The translations under genes and the position numbers were made by a program. A DNA stretch of 64,000 bases. Origin: Myxococcota bacterium (lineage in GTDB: Bacteria; Myxococcota_A; UBA9160; UBA6930). The notes under the pieces were generated by a model, which searched no databases, was not told the origin of the DNA, and saw only the letters and a program-made list of their open reading frames with translations. Positions 1-8,127 of this stretch are shown here, in pieces (the first letter of the stretch is position 1; every line of letters begins with the position of its first letter). Location of the stretch: positions 1,312,001 to 1,376,000 of the forward strand of contig OZ245015.1 in the NCBI GenBank assembly GCA_965223705.1, given 5' to 3'.

Positions 1-337
1 CGAGAACCGGCGCCATGTGGCGGCGACCGATCTCGACGGGCGTCGTCACGCGCAGCGTCCCGCGCGGCACTTCCACCGCCCGAGCGACGGCGAGGTTCGC
101 TTCTTCCACGTCTGCGCGGATCGCCGCGCAGCGCTCCGCGTAGGCAGCGCCGACGTCCGTTAGGGAGAGCTTCCGCGTGGTGCGCTGCAGCAAGCGGACG
201 CCGAGCTCCTCTTCGAGCTGGGTGACGCGCCGGCTGACGGTGGATTTCGGGGTGCCCAGTGCGGCGGCGGCGCGGGTGAAGCTCCGCTCCTCCGCGACGC
301 GGGCGAAGATCATCATGTCATCGAGATCAACAGCCAT
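1..337 (-). CDS. LysR family transcriptional regulator (3' end runs off the window)
   Basis: Manual translation from ATG 337: [60 protein letters not shown], a classic LysR HTH; divergent from the 471 gene. Confidence 0.93.
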   Translation of the reverse strand, partial: MAVDLDDMMIFARVAEERSFTRAAAALGTPKSTVSRRVTQLEEELGVRLLQRTTRKLSLTDVGAAYAERCAAIRADVEEANLAVARAVEVPRGTLRVTTPVEIGRRHMAPVL

Positions 338-470
338 CCGATCTATTTAGCTCGAAAAATGGAACAATAAAAACCGAATTCAGCCTCTAGTCCCGCCTGG
401 TGGACGAACTAAGCTCTTCCTTACACCCAGGGAAGCTTTCCCCCCAGGGGATTTCTTTCGGAGGTTCAAC

Positions 471-1322
471 ATGGCCGAAGCGACGTTCGCAGTGCATGAA
501 CCCGGCGCCGTACACGGGCTCGTCAACTTTCTCCAGCCGACCGACGCGAAGCCGGCGTACTTCATGGACCAACCACCGGACAGCCCGAAACACCGCCGCC
601 CGCTGGCGGAGCAAGAAATCCTGATCGAAAGCGGCCGGCCGCTCGAGCGCTCACTTTCCCTCGATCGAGAGGGCTTCACCCTGGTCTCCCACGCGAGCGC
701 GGTGCGCGACTTCGACGATGCGGAGGCGGTGCGCGAGCACTACTACCCCGAGGTCGAAGAGCTGGTGCGGAAGGTGACCGGCGCGACCCGGGTGCACGTC
801 TTCGATCACAACGTGCGCTCGCTCCCCAAATCGCGGGAAGACGGGCAGGTGCGCACGCCGGTGCGGTACGCGCACAACGACTACACGCTGAAGTCCGGTC
901 CCCAACGCGTTCGCGACCTACTCGGCGACGAGGCGGATCGCTTGCTCGGCTACCGCTTCGCGGTGGTCAACGTGTGGCGACCCATCCGCGGACCGGTGCG
1001 CGACGCGCCCATGGCGGTTTGCGACGCCCAGACCATGCAGCTCGACGATTTCGTGGCGACCGATCTGGTCTACCCCGACCGCACCGGCGAGATCTATTCC
1101 GTGCAACATCGCCCCGGGCATCGGTGGCTCTACTTCCCGGACATGCAGACGGACGAAGCGTTGCTTCTCAAGTGCTACGACTCGGCCGAGGACGGTCGCG
1201 CGCGCTTCACGGCCCACACCGCGTTCGACGATCCGACCACGCCGCCGGACGCACCGCCGCGGGAGAGCATTGAAGCGCGGACCCTGGTTTTCTTTGCACC
1301 ATCGGAAGGACAGCCGTCGTGA
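471..1322 (+). CDS. CmcJ/NvfI/AsaB-like Fe(II)/2-oxoglutarate-dependent oxidoreductase
   Basis: FDHNVR, HNDYT (HxD), NVWRPI, HTAF and RESIEARTLVF motifs; GGAGG SD upstream. Confidence 0.8.
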   Translation: MAEATFAVHEPGAVHGLVNFLQPTDAKPAYFMDQPPDSPKHRRPLAEQEILIESGRPLERSLSLDREGFTLVSHASAVRDFDDAEAVREHYYPEVEELVRKVTGATRVHVFDHNVRSLPKSREDGQVRTPVRYAHNDYTLKSGPQRVRDLLGDEADRLLGYRFAVVNVWRPIRGPVRDAPMAVCDAQTMQLDDFVATDLVYPDRTGEIYSVQHRPGHRWLYFPDMQTDEALLLKCYDSAEDGRARFTAHTAFDDPTTPPDAPPRESIEARTLVFFAPSEGQPS

Positions 1323-1999
1323 GCGATCCGAAATGGCCTATCGAACACCCGGAGCGGATTCAGCTCTATTCGCTGCCGACGCCGAACGGACAAAAAGCGA
1401 GCGTCGCGCTCGAAGAGGTCGGCGTTCCGTATGAAGCGCACTTCGTGAACATCATGGAAGGGGATCAGTTCACCGACGAATTCATCGCGGTGAACCCGAA
1501 CTCGAAGATCCCCGCGCTCGTCGATCCGGACGGCCCGGGCGGTAAACCGCATCGCGTTTTCGAATCCGGGGCGATCCTGCTCTACATCGCGGAGAAGAGC
1601 GGGAAGCTCTTGCCCAGTGACCCCGCCTTGCGCAGTGAGACCCTGCAGTGGCTCTTCTTTCAAATGGGCGGCGTCGGTCCGATGTTCGGACAGTTCGGTC
1701 ACTTCTATAAATTCGCGAGCGAGAAGATTCCCTACGGCATCGACCGCTACGCCAACGAAGTACGCCGGCTCTTGGGCGTGTTGAATACACGCCTCGAAGG
1801 TCGAGCCTTTCTCGTCGGGGACGAGTACAGCGTGGCGGATATCGCGACCTTTCCGTGGGTGCTCTGCCTCGATCGTTTCTACGGCGCACGCGACGAGCTG
1901 AAGCTCGACGCCGATTTCGGGCGTGTCGTCTCGTGGATGGATCGCTGTGCCGAGCGGCCCGCCACCGCACGCGGTTTGGAAATTCCCAAGGCACCGTAA
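1319..1999 (+). CDS. Glutathione S-transferase, YfcG/YghU (Nu) class
   Basis: TPNGQK, NPNSKIPAL, FESGAILLY, YSVADIA; GTGA overlap with upstream gene. Confidence 0.92.
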   Translation: MSDPKWPIEHPERIQLYSLPTPNGQKASVALEEVGVPYEAHFVNIMEGDQFTDEFIAVNPNSKIPALVDPDGPGGKPHRVFESGAILLYIAEKSGKLLPSDPALRSETLQWLFFQMGGVGPMFGQFGHFYKFASEKIPYGIDRYANEVRRLLGVLNTRLEGRAFLVGDEYSVADIATFPWVLCLDRFYGARDELKLDADFGRVVSWMDRCAERPATARGLEIPKAP

Positions 2000-2025
2000 A
2001 CTGCCGGGTCGGAGGTGGGCCTCGC

Positions 2026-2553
2026 GTGACCCTGCAAGATCTCGGCGCCTTGGGCGAACTCGTCGGCGGCGTTGCCGTCGTGATCACACTCGTCTATTTG
2101 GCACTCCAGGTGCGACAGAACACCGCGATGATAACGGCGCAGGCGGTGCAGGCGTCCATCGACGCGACCCAGCGCGTGCTGCTCTTTCGCGCCGACAACC
2201 CCGACATGCGACGCGTGCTGCGAAAGGCGCGAACCGGCGGGGACCTCACCGCCGATGAGACCGAAGCGCTCGCGAGCTACCTCCAGGCGGTCTTCATGAA
2301 CTTCCAGGGGCGGCTGCAACACAACGTGCGCGGCGTCTTCGATGCGTCCGTCAACGAGTCCTACGAACTCATTCTGGTCGACTATCTCCGCCAATCCTAC
2401 GTCCGTCGGTGGTGGGAGTTCTCGCAAGCCCTCTACGGAACGTCGTTCCGTCGCCACTGCAACGACGTGCTCCGCGCGATCGACGAAGGAACGGCTCCGG
2501 AGGCCCTCGACTGGCCGGGGTTCGCCGGCATCGACGGGAACCAGACGAGCTAG
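2026..2553 (+). CDS. Hypothetical protein with one N-terminal TM helix
   Basis: GTG 2026 after GGAGG; LGELVGGVAVVITLVYLALQVRQNT hydrophobic segment. Confidence 0.65.
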   Translation: MTLQDLGALGELVGGVAVVITLVYLALQVRQNTAMITAQAVQASIDATQRVLLFRADNPDMRRVLRKARTGGDLTADETEALASYLQAVFMNFQGRLQHNVRGVFDASVNESYELILVDYLRQSYVRRWWEFSQALYGTSFRRHCNDVLRAIDEGTAPEALDWPGFAGIDGNQTS

Positions 2554-2562
2554 CTTCTCCGG

Positions 2563-3612
2563 ATGGCCGTAGAAGTTATCGACGATCGAAACGTCCGTTC
2601 GATTGCGCCCCTCGCGAGCCCCGCCGAGCTGCGCCGGCAGCTCACCCTGCCGGAAGCTTCGGCCACCCTCGTCGCGTCCACGCGCGGTGCGATTCGCGGG
2701 ATGTTGTCCGGCGCGGCCGACGACCGCTTGTTGGTCCTCGTCGGGCCGTGCTCGATCCACGATCCGGAGAGTGCGCTCGAGTACGCGGGCCGGTTGACCG
2801 CTTTGGCCGAGGAAACGAGCGACGCTCTCCTGGTGGTGATGCGCACGTATTTCGAGAAGCCCCGGACCACGGTGGGCTGGAAAGGCCTGCTCAACGATCC
2901 GCACCTCGACGGCACCTGCGACGTGGCAACCGGCGTCGCCACGGCGCGCGAGCTGTTGCTGTCGATCCTCGCGATGGGGCTTCCCTGCGGCGGCGAACTG
3001 CTCGATCCGATCTCGCCGCAGTATCTCTCGGATCTTTACGCGTGGGCCGCGATCGGCGCGCGAACCACCGAGAGTCAGACCCACCGAGAAATCGTGAGCG
3101 GCGCCTCCATGCCCGTGGGCTTCAAGAATGGGACCGACGGCAACCTCGAAGTCGCGACTCACGCCATCGTGGCGGCGCGAACGCCGCACTCATTCCTCGG
3201 CGTCGACCTCGAGGGCCGAGCGTCGGTGGTCGAGACGTCGGGGAACCCCGATTGTCACGTCGTGCTCCGCGGCGGGCGTTCCGGGACGAACTACGGCTCC
3301 GAAGTCATCTTGCAGGCGGCGAACCTCGCGGGTCATCCCGGAAGAGCCGTGATGGTCGATTGCTCCCACGGAAACTCGGGAAAGGACTACCGCGAGCAGC
3401 CTCGCGTGGCCCGGAGCGTCGTTGGCGAAGTGGGCACGCGTCAGGCGCTGCTCGGCCTCATGCTCGAAAGCCATTTGGTGGAAGGGCGCCAAGACTGGAG
3501 CCCCGGTGAGAGCTTGCGGCCCGGCGTTTCCATCACCGACGCGTGCATCGGCTGGGATGAAACGCACGCACTCGTGCACGATCTCGCAGAATCGGTGCGT
3601 TCAGCGCGATAG
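2563..3612 (+). CDS. 3-deoxy-7-phosphoheptulonate (DAHP) synthase, class I-alpha (AroF/G/H-type)
   Basis: GPCSIHD, YFEKPRTTVGWKGL, IGARTTESQTHRE, DCSHGNS, SITDACIGW. Confidence 0.95.
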   Translation: MAVEVIDDRNVRSIAPLASPAELRRQLTLPEASATLVASTRGAIRGMLSGAADDRLLVLVGPCSIHDPESALEYAGRLTALAEETSDALLVVMRTYFEKPRTTVGWKGLLNDPHLDGTCDVATGVATARELLLSILAMGLPCGGELLDPISPQYLSDLYAWAAIGARTTESQTHREIVSGASMPVGFKNGTDGNLEVATHAIVAARTPHSFLGVDLEGRASVVETSGNPDCHVVLRGGRSGTNYGSEVILQAANLAGHPGRAVMVDCSHGNSGKDYREQPRVARSVVGEVGTRQALLGLMLESHLVEGRQDWSPGESLRPGVSITDACIGWDETHALVHDLAESVRSAR

Positions 3613-4515
3613 GTCTCGGAACGCGAGCCGCACGATCGTTTCCGCGGTGATGCTCGCGCCGCCCCAGTCGGCCTCGAGATCGGCGAGCGGTTCCTCGGCG
3701 ACGATCTCCGCTTCGGATTTCCCCGCCGCAATCCGCGCTCCGACGCGATCACGAACGGTCGCGAGCATGTCCCGGTAAGCGCGCAATTCCGCCGCGTTCG
3801 AAAGCTTCCCGTGACCGGGAATCACCGGCGTATCGGCTTTGATTCCGTCGAGCACCGAGTCGACGGCCGCGATCACGCCCTCGAACGTTCCGTCCGCGTC
3901 GACATCGATGAACGGGTAGCGTCCGTTGAAATAGATATCGCCCATATGGACGGCGCGGACGTTCCCATCGGCGTCGTCGAACCAAACGATCGCGTCGCCG
4001 TCGGTATGGGCGTTGGGCGCGTGTTGGACGCGCACTCTCATGCCGCCCACGTGAAAAGCGACGGACTCCCGGAACGTGATCACGGGGCGCGCGATCTCGG
4101 GCGCCGGCGGCACTTTACGATCGAAGAGTCGCATGAACTGCTCGGCGCTCATGCGTTCTCGAACGTTGTCGTGAGCGACGATCACCGCGCCCGCGGATCC
4201 GAAGTTCTCGTTGCCTCCGGTGTGATCCCCGTGCCAATGCGTATTGAGAATCATCCGGATGGGTCGCGGGTCGATCGCGGCGGTGGCCGCGCGAATCTTG
4301 TCGGAGAGGGGGGCGTACTGATCGTCGACGAGAAGGACACCCCCAGGCCCGGATACGACGGCGATGTTGCCGCCGCGGCCGACCAGCATGTGGACGTGCT
4401 CGGCGACTGGGACGGTTTGGATCGTCACGTCGTCTTGCGCCTGCACCGCGGCCGGCAGGGCGAGCGCGAACAGCAAGACGAGACGACAAGCGGCGTAGCG
4501 CATCGAAAACCTCAT
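3601..4515 (-). CDS. Secreted MBL-fold metallo-hydrolase (cyclase-like)
   Basis: NTHWHGDHTGGN, AHTDGD, IPGHG; Sec signal ending AVQA; ATG 4515 overlaps the upstream TGA (ATGA). Confidence 0.88.
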   Translation of the reverse strand: MRFSMRYAACRLVLLFALALPAAVQAQDDVTIQTVPVAEHVHMLVGRGGNIAVVSGPGGVLLVDDQYAPLSDKIRAATAAIDPRPIRMILNTHWHGDHTGGNENFGSAGAVIVAHDNVRERMSAEQFMRLFDRKVPPAPEIARPVITFRESVAFHVGGMRVRVQHAPNAHTDGDAIVWFDDADGNVRAVHMGDIYFNGRYPFIDVDADGTFEGVIAAVDSVLDGIKADTPVIPGHGKLSNAAELRAYRDMLATVRDRVGARIAAGKSEAEIVAEEPLADLEADWGGASITAETIVRLAFRDLSR

Positions 4516-5066
4516 GGTTGCTTCGGCTCGAGAGTACCGTGTTCTGCGAGGAGCTCCTGCAACTTCCGTTCGGTCTCCTCGTAGCCGCCCTCTCCGATGC
4601 GCACGTAGCGAATCTGCCCCTTGCGATCGATCAGGTACATCGTCGGCCAGTAGCGGTTTCCGTAGCGCTTCCACGTCGCGAACCGGTTGTCGATCGCAAC
4701 GGGGTAGGCGATCGACCGGCGACTGAGGTAACGCCGCACGTTCTCGAGCTTTTTCTCGTGATCGAACTCCGGGCAGTGGACGGCGACGACGCGCAGGCCT
4801 TCGCCCCGGTACCGCTCGTGCCACGCTTGGATGTAGGGTTCGACGTTCTGGCAGTTCCAGCACGCAAAGGTGAAGAACTCGAGGAGCACCACGTCGCCGC
4901 GTAGCTCGGCGATCGAAAGCGGAGCCGAGTTGAGCCAGTGCTCGGCGGAAATCTCCGGTGCCGGACGCGCGTCGGCGGGTTTCGCGATCGCGCGAAGCGG
5001 GCTTCCGGCGAGAGCAAAAGCGGCGAGGCGCAGGACCGAGCGTCGATCTAGAGTGTCCGTCGTCAT
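4512..5066 (-). CDS. Exported thioredoxin-like redoxin (DipZ/TlpA-like) with probable Tat signal
   Basis: FFTFACWNCQN (CxxC), VHCPEF, YWPTMYLIDRKG; DRRSVLR twin-Arg; AGAGGA SD before ATG 5066. Confidence 0.85.
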   Translation of the reverse strand: MTTDTLDRRSVLRLAAFALAGSPLRAIAKPADARPAPEISAEHWLNSAPLSIAELRGDVVLLEFFTFACWNCQNVEPYIQAWHERYRGEGLRVVAVHCPEFDHEKKLENVRRYLSRRSIAYPVAIDNRFATWKRYGNRYWPTMYLIDRKGQIRYVRIGEGGYEETERKLQELLAEHGTLEPKQP

Positions 5067-5454
5067 GGAACTCGTCCTCTCTTTCATCGGGGTTCTCTTT
5101 CTAGGGATGGGTTTGCTGGCCTTGGCGGCACCCGCTGGGCTCGCTTCTCTCGTGGGGCTGACCGCCGGCGGCCGCGACGGGCGGAGCGAAATCCGCGGGG
5201 TCTACGGCGGCTTCGGCGTCGCGATGGCGCTCATGACCGCGGTAGCGTTGACCACACCGACACTGCGTACAGGCATCGCTTTCACGCTGGGTGCGGCCTT
5301 GCTCGGCATGGCGGCAGGCCGTTGTATTTCCCTTGCGGTCGACCGCGGGCTCGGGCCTTTTCTGTGGGGCGTCCTCGCGGGAGAGATCGTCGCCGGCGGT
5401 CTCTTGCTCGGGGTGGCCACGGGCCGCATCGCCAGCCTGGGGCTCCTGCCCTGA
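5065..5454 (+). CDS. Small 4-TM membrane protein (DUF4345-like)
   Basis: MELVLSFIGVLFLGMGLLAL...SEIRGVYGGFG...GRCISLAVD; fills the gap between msrA and the redoxin on the opposite strand. Confidence 0.75.
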   Translation: MELVLSFIGVLFLGMGLLALAAPAGLASLVGLTAGGRDGRSEIRGVYGGFGVAMALMTAVALTTPTLRTGIAFTLGAALLGMAAGRCISLAVDRGLGPFLWGVLAGEIVAGGLLLGVATGRIASLGLLP

Positions 5455-5457
5455 CGC

Positions 5458-6120
5458 CTACTTCTTCGCGAGCCCGCCGGCTTCGGCTCCCCACAGTGCT
5501 GCGAGTCGCGCGTCGCGCCCACAACCCCGTCGGTAGTACCGGTAGCGGATCGGGTTCTTCTGGTAGTAGTCCTGGTGATAGTCCTCGGCCGGGTAGAAGG
5601 CGCCGATTCGTTCCACTTCGGTGACAATCGGCGCGTCGAAGCGTTTCTCCGCTTCGAGCGCTTTCAGCGAAGCTCGAGCGGCTTCGAGCTGTCCCTCATC
5701 GTGCGCGAAGATCGCCGTGCGGTACTGACGCCCGCCGTCGCAAAACTGTCGATCCGCGGTCAGTGGATCGACGTTCCGCCAGAAGATGTGCAGCAGCGTC
5801 TCATACGAGACGCGTTCGGGATCGAAGAGGACCTGCACGACCTCGGCGTGCCCGGTCTTCCCCGACGCCACTTCGCGGTAGGTCGGGTCGACTTCATCGC
5901 CGCCGGCGTAGCCGGAGATCGTTGCGACCACGCCCTCGGTCTTGTCGAAAGGGGGCTCCATGCACCAGAAACAGCCGCCGGCGAACGTGGCTTTCGCGAG
6001 CCCTTCTTTCGAGGCTTCCGTCTTCGTCGCAGGTGTTTCGGCGTTGGCGAGCGACAGCGCGATGGAGACGGCGCACGCGAGCACCGCTCCGATGCCCCAG
6101 CATGCAGTGTTTCGTTTCAT
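5458..6120 (-). CDS. msrA: Peptide-methionine (S)-S-oxide reductase with signal peptide
   Basis: FAGGCFWCMEPPF, GHAEVVQV, FYPAEDYHQDYY; N-terminal signal sequence. Confidence 0.96.
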   Translation of the reverse strand: MKRNTACWGIGAVLACAVSIALSLANAETPATKTEASKEGLAKATFAGGCFWCMEPPFDKTEGVVATISGYAGGDEVDPTYREVASGKTGHAEVVQVLFDPERVSYETLLHIFWRNVDPLTADRQFCDGGRQYRTAIFAHDEGQLEAARASLKALEAEKRFDAPIVTEVERIGAFYPAEDYHQDYYQKNPIRYRYYRRGCGRDARLAALWGAEAGGLAKK

Positions 6121-6635
6121 GGCGCTTTCCGTTCGATGCGCTCGGGCAGCGCTTCACCCTTCGGGATGAACGCCAACGCGAGCCCGTTGTTGCAGTACCG
6201 CTTTCCGGTGGGTCGCGGGCCGTCGTTGAAGACGTGACCTTGGTGCCCGCCGCAGTGCTTGCAGTGGTATTCCGTCCGAGGGAACACCAGCTTGTAGTCG
6301 GTTTTCGTTCCGAGGCGGCCGTCGATGGGCTGATAGAAGCTCGGCCAGCCCGTGCCGCTGTCGTACTTCGTCGCTGAGGTGAACAGTGGGGACCGACAGG
6401 CCGCGCAGACGAACGTCCCTTCGCGATCCTCTTTGTTCAGGTCACTCGAAAACGGGCGCTCGGTCGCTTCCTCGAACAACACGGCGTAGGCCTTCGGGCC
6501 GAGCCGCTTCTCCCACTCGGCCAGCGAAATGCCGAGGGGCGCGTCGTCCGCGGCGAGGCCGCGCCCCGGCCAGCCGGCGAAGAGCGAGAGGCTGGCAACG
6601 CCTGCACAGCCACCGAGAAAGTTTCGTCTCTTCAT
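6117..6635 (-). CDS. msrB: Peptide-methionine (R)-S-oxide reductase with Tat signal
   Basis: KRRNFLG Tat motif; CAAC, KYDSGTGWPSF, CKHCGGHQGHVFNDGP, RYCNNG. Confidence 0.96.
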   Translation of the reverse strand: MKRRNFLGGCAGVASLSLFAGWPGRGLAADDAPLGISLAEWEKRLGPKAYAVLFEEATERPFSSDLNKEDREGTFVCAACRSPLFTSATKYDSGTGWPSFYQPIDGRLGTKTDYKLVFPRTEYHCKHCGGHQGHVFNDGPRPTGKRYCNNGLALAFIPKGEALPERIERKAP

Positions 6636-6771
6636 CGCTTTTCGAGTCTCCTGCTTCGGGTCGACTGTAGCGACTACGCGTGATGGGCCGATGAGTTACG
6701 CCCCGGGGGATCGCTCGCCTCGTGGGTTGCAGCGGGGGAACGGGCGTGGGAGGCTTCCCGCCGGAGGTCCT

Positions 6772-7626
6772 GTGAAGCCGGCGCCTTTTGCCTACCACCG
6801 TCCCGAGAGTGTCGAGGAAGCGACCGCTCTTCTGTCCTCGCATGAAGACGCGCGCGTCCTCGCCGGTGGCCAGAGCCTCGTGCCCATGATGAACCTTCGC
6901 GTGGCGCAGCCCGAGGTGCTGGTGGATATCAATCACATCCCGGGCCTCGACGCGATGCAGATCGAAGCCGGCGCACTTCGCATCGGGGCGACGACGCGCC
7001 AATCCGCCGTCCTCGCGTCGGCGGCCGTCGCGCAGGCCGTGCCGTTCCTGCGCGATGCGCTCTCGTTCGTCGGCTATCCGGCGACGCGCCATCGCGGGAC
7101 CGTCGCCGGGAGCGCGGCCCATGCGGACCCGGCCGCGGAGTTGCCGGCGGCGCTGCTGGCGCTCGAAGCGACCTTTCGCGTGCGCGGCGCCACGGAGCGC
7201 GAGATCCCGGCGTCGGAGTTTTTCATGGATCACTACACCACCGCGATCGAGCCCGGCGAAATGCTGACCGAGGTGCGCATCCCGACGCCGCCGGCCGGAA
7301 CGCGACACGCGTTTCTCGAGCTCGCGCGCCGTTACCACGACTTTCCCATCTGCGCAGTCGGCGTCGTTTGCCAACTCGACGGGCGCACCTTGCGTCGCCC
7401 GCGCATCGCTCTGGCGGGGGTCGGAGCGCATGCGCTTCGCGCGACGAATGCCGAAGCGATGCTCGAAGGGCAGACACCGGGGGATGAGTTGTTCCGCGCA
7501 GCATCCGAAGCGGTGGCGAGTGAGATCTCTCCCATGGGCGACGTCCACGGCTCCGAGTCGTACCGCCGCAAAGTGGCGCGGGCGCTCGTCCAGCGGGCCT
7601 TAAGGCAAGCGGTGGCTTTTTCCTAA
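6772..7626 (+). CDS. FAD-binding medium subunit, xanthine dehydrogenase/CO dehydrogenase family (CoxM-like)
   Basis: GTG 6772, MKPAPFAYHRP; LAGGQSLVPMMNLR, RHRGTVAGS, HADPAAELP. Confidence 0.92.
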   Translation: MKPAPFAYHRPESVEEATALLSSHEDARVLAGGQSLVPMMNLRVAQPEVLVDINHIPGLDAMQIEAGALRIGATTRQSAVLASAAVAQAVPFLRDALSFVGYPATRHRGTVAGSAAHADPAAELPAALLALEATFRVRGATEREIPASEFFMDHYTTAIEPGEMLTEVRIPTPPAGTRHAFLELARRYHDFPICAVGVVCQLDGRTLRRPRIALAGVGAHALRATNAEAMLEGQTPGDELFRAASEAVASEISPMGDVHGSESYRRKVARALVQRALRQAVAFS

Positions 7627-8117
7627 TGCGTAAACAAGCGATTGAAATGACGGTCAACGGCGAACGTCACGAACTGCTCGTCGAGCCGCGCAAGACCCTG
7701 GCCGACACCCTCCGCGACGACCTCGGTCTGACCGGTACGCACCTCGGCTGCGAACACGGCGTCTGCGGCGCGTGCACCGTCGACGTCGAAGGCCAGACCG
7801 CACGCGCGTGTTTGATGTTCGCGATTCAGGTCGACGGGTGTCGCGTGCGTACGATCGAGGGGCTCGCGACCGACGGCCGCTTGTCCCCGATACAGGAAGC
7901 GTTCGCCGAGGAGCACGGGTTGCAGTGCGGCTTCTGCACGCCGGGCTTCTTGATGTCGACAGCGGAGCTCCTCGCGGAGAACGACGATCCGAATCCCGAG
8001 GAGATCCGCGAAGCGCTCTCCGGGAACCTGTGTCGATGCACCGGCTACCAAGGAATCGTCCGGGCCGTCCAACGCGCGGCGCGGACGCTCCGCGAACAAC
8101 GGCGCCAGGGCGCCTAG
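7626..8117 (+). CDS. [2Fe-2S] small subunit (CoxS-like)
   Basis: GCEHGVCGACTV, QCGFCTPG, GNLCRCTGY. Confidence 0.95.
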   Translation: MRKQAIEMTVNGERHELLVEPRKTLADTLRDDLGLTGTHLGCEHGVCGACTVDVEGQTARACLMFAIQVDGCRVRTIEGLATDGRLSPIQEAFAEEHGLQCGFCTPGFLMSTAELLAENDDPNPEEIREALSGNLCRCTGYQGIVRAVQRAARTLREQRRQGA

Positions 8118-8127
8118 GGAAAACGCG

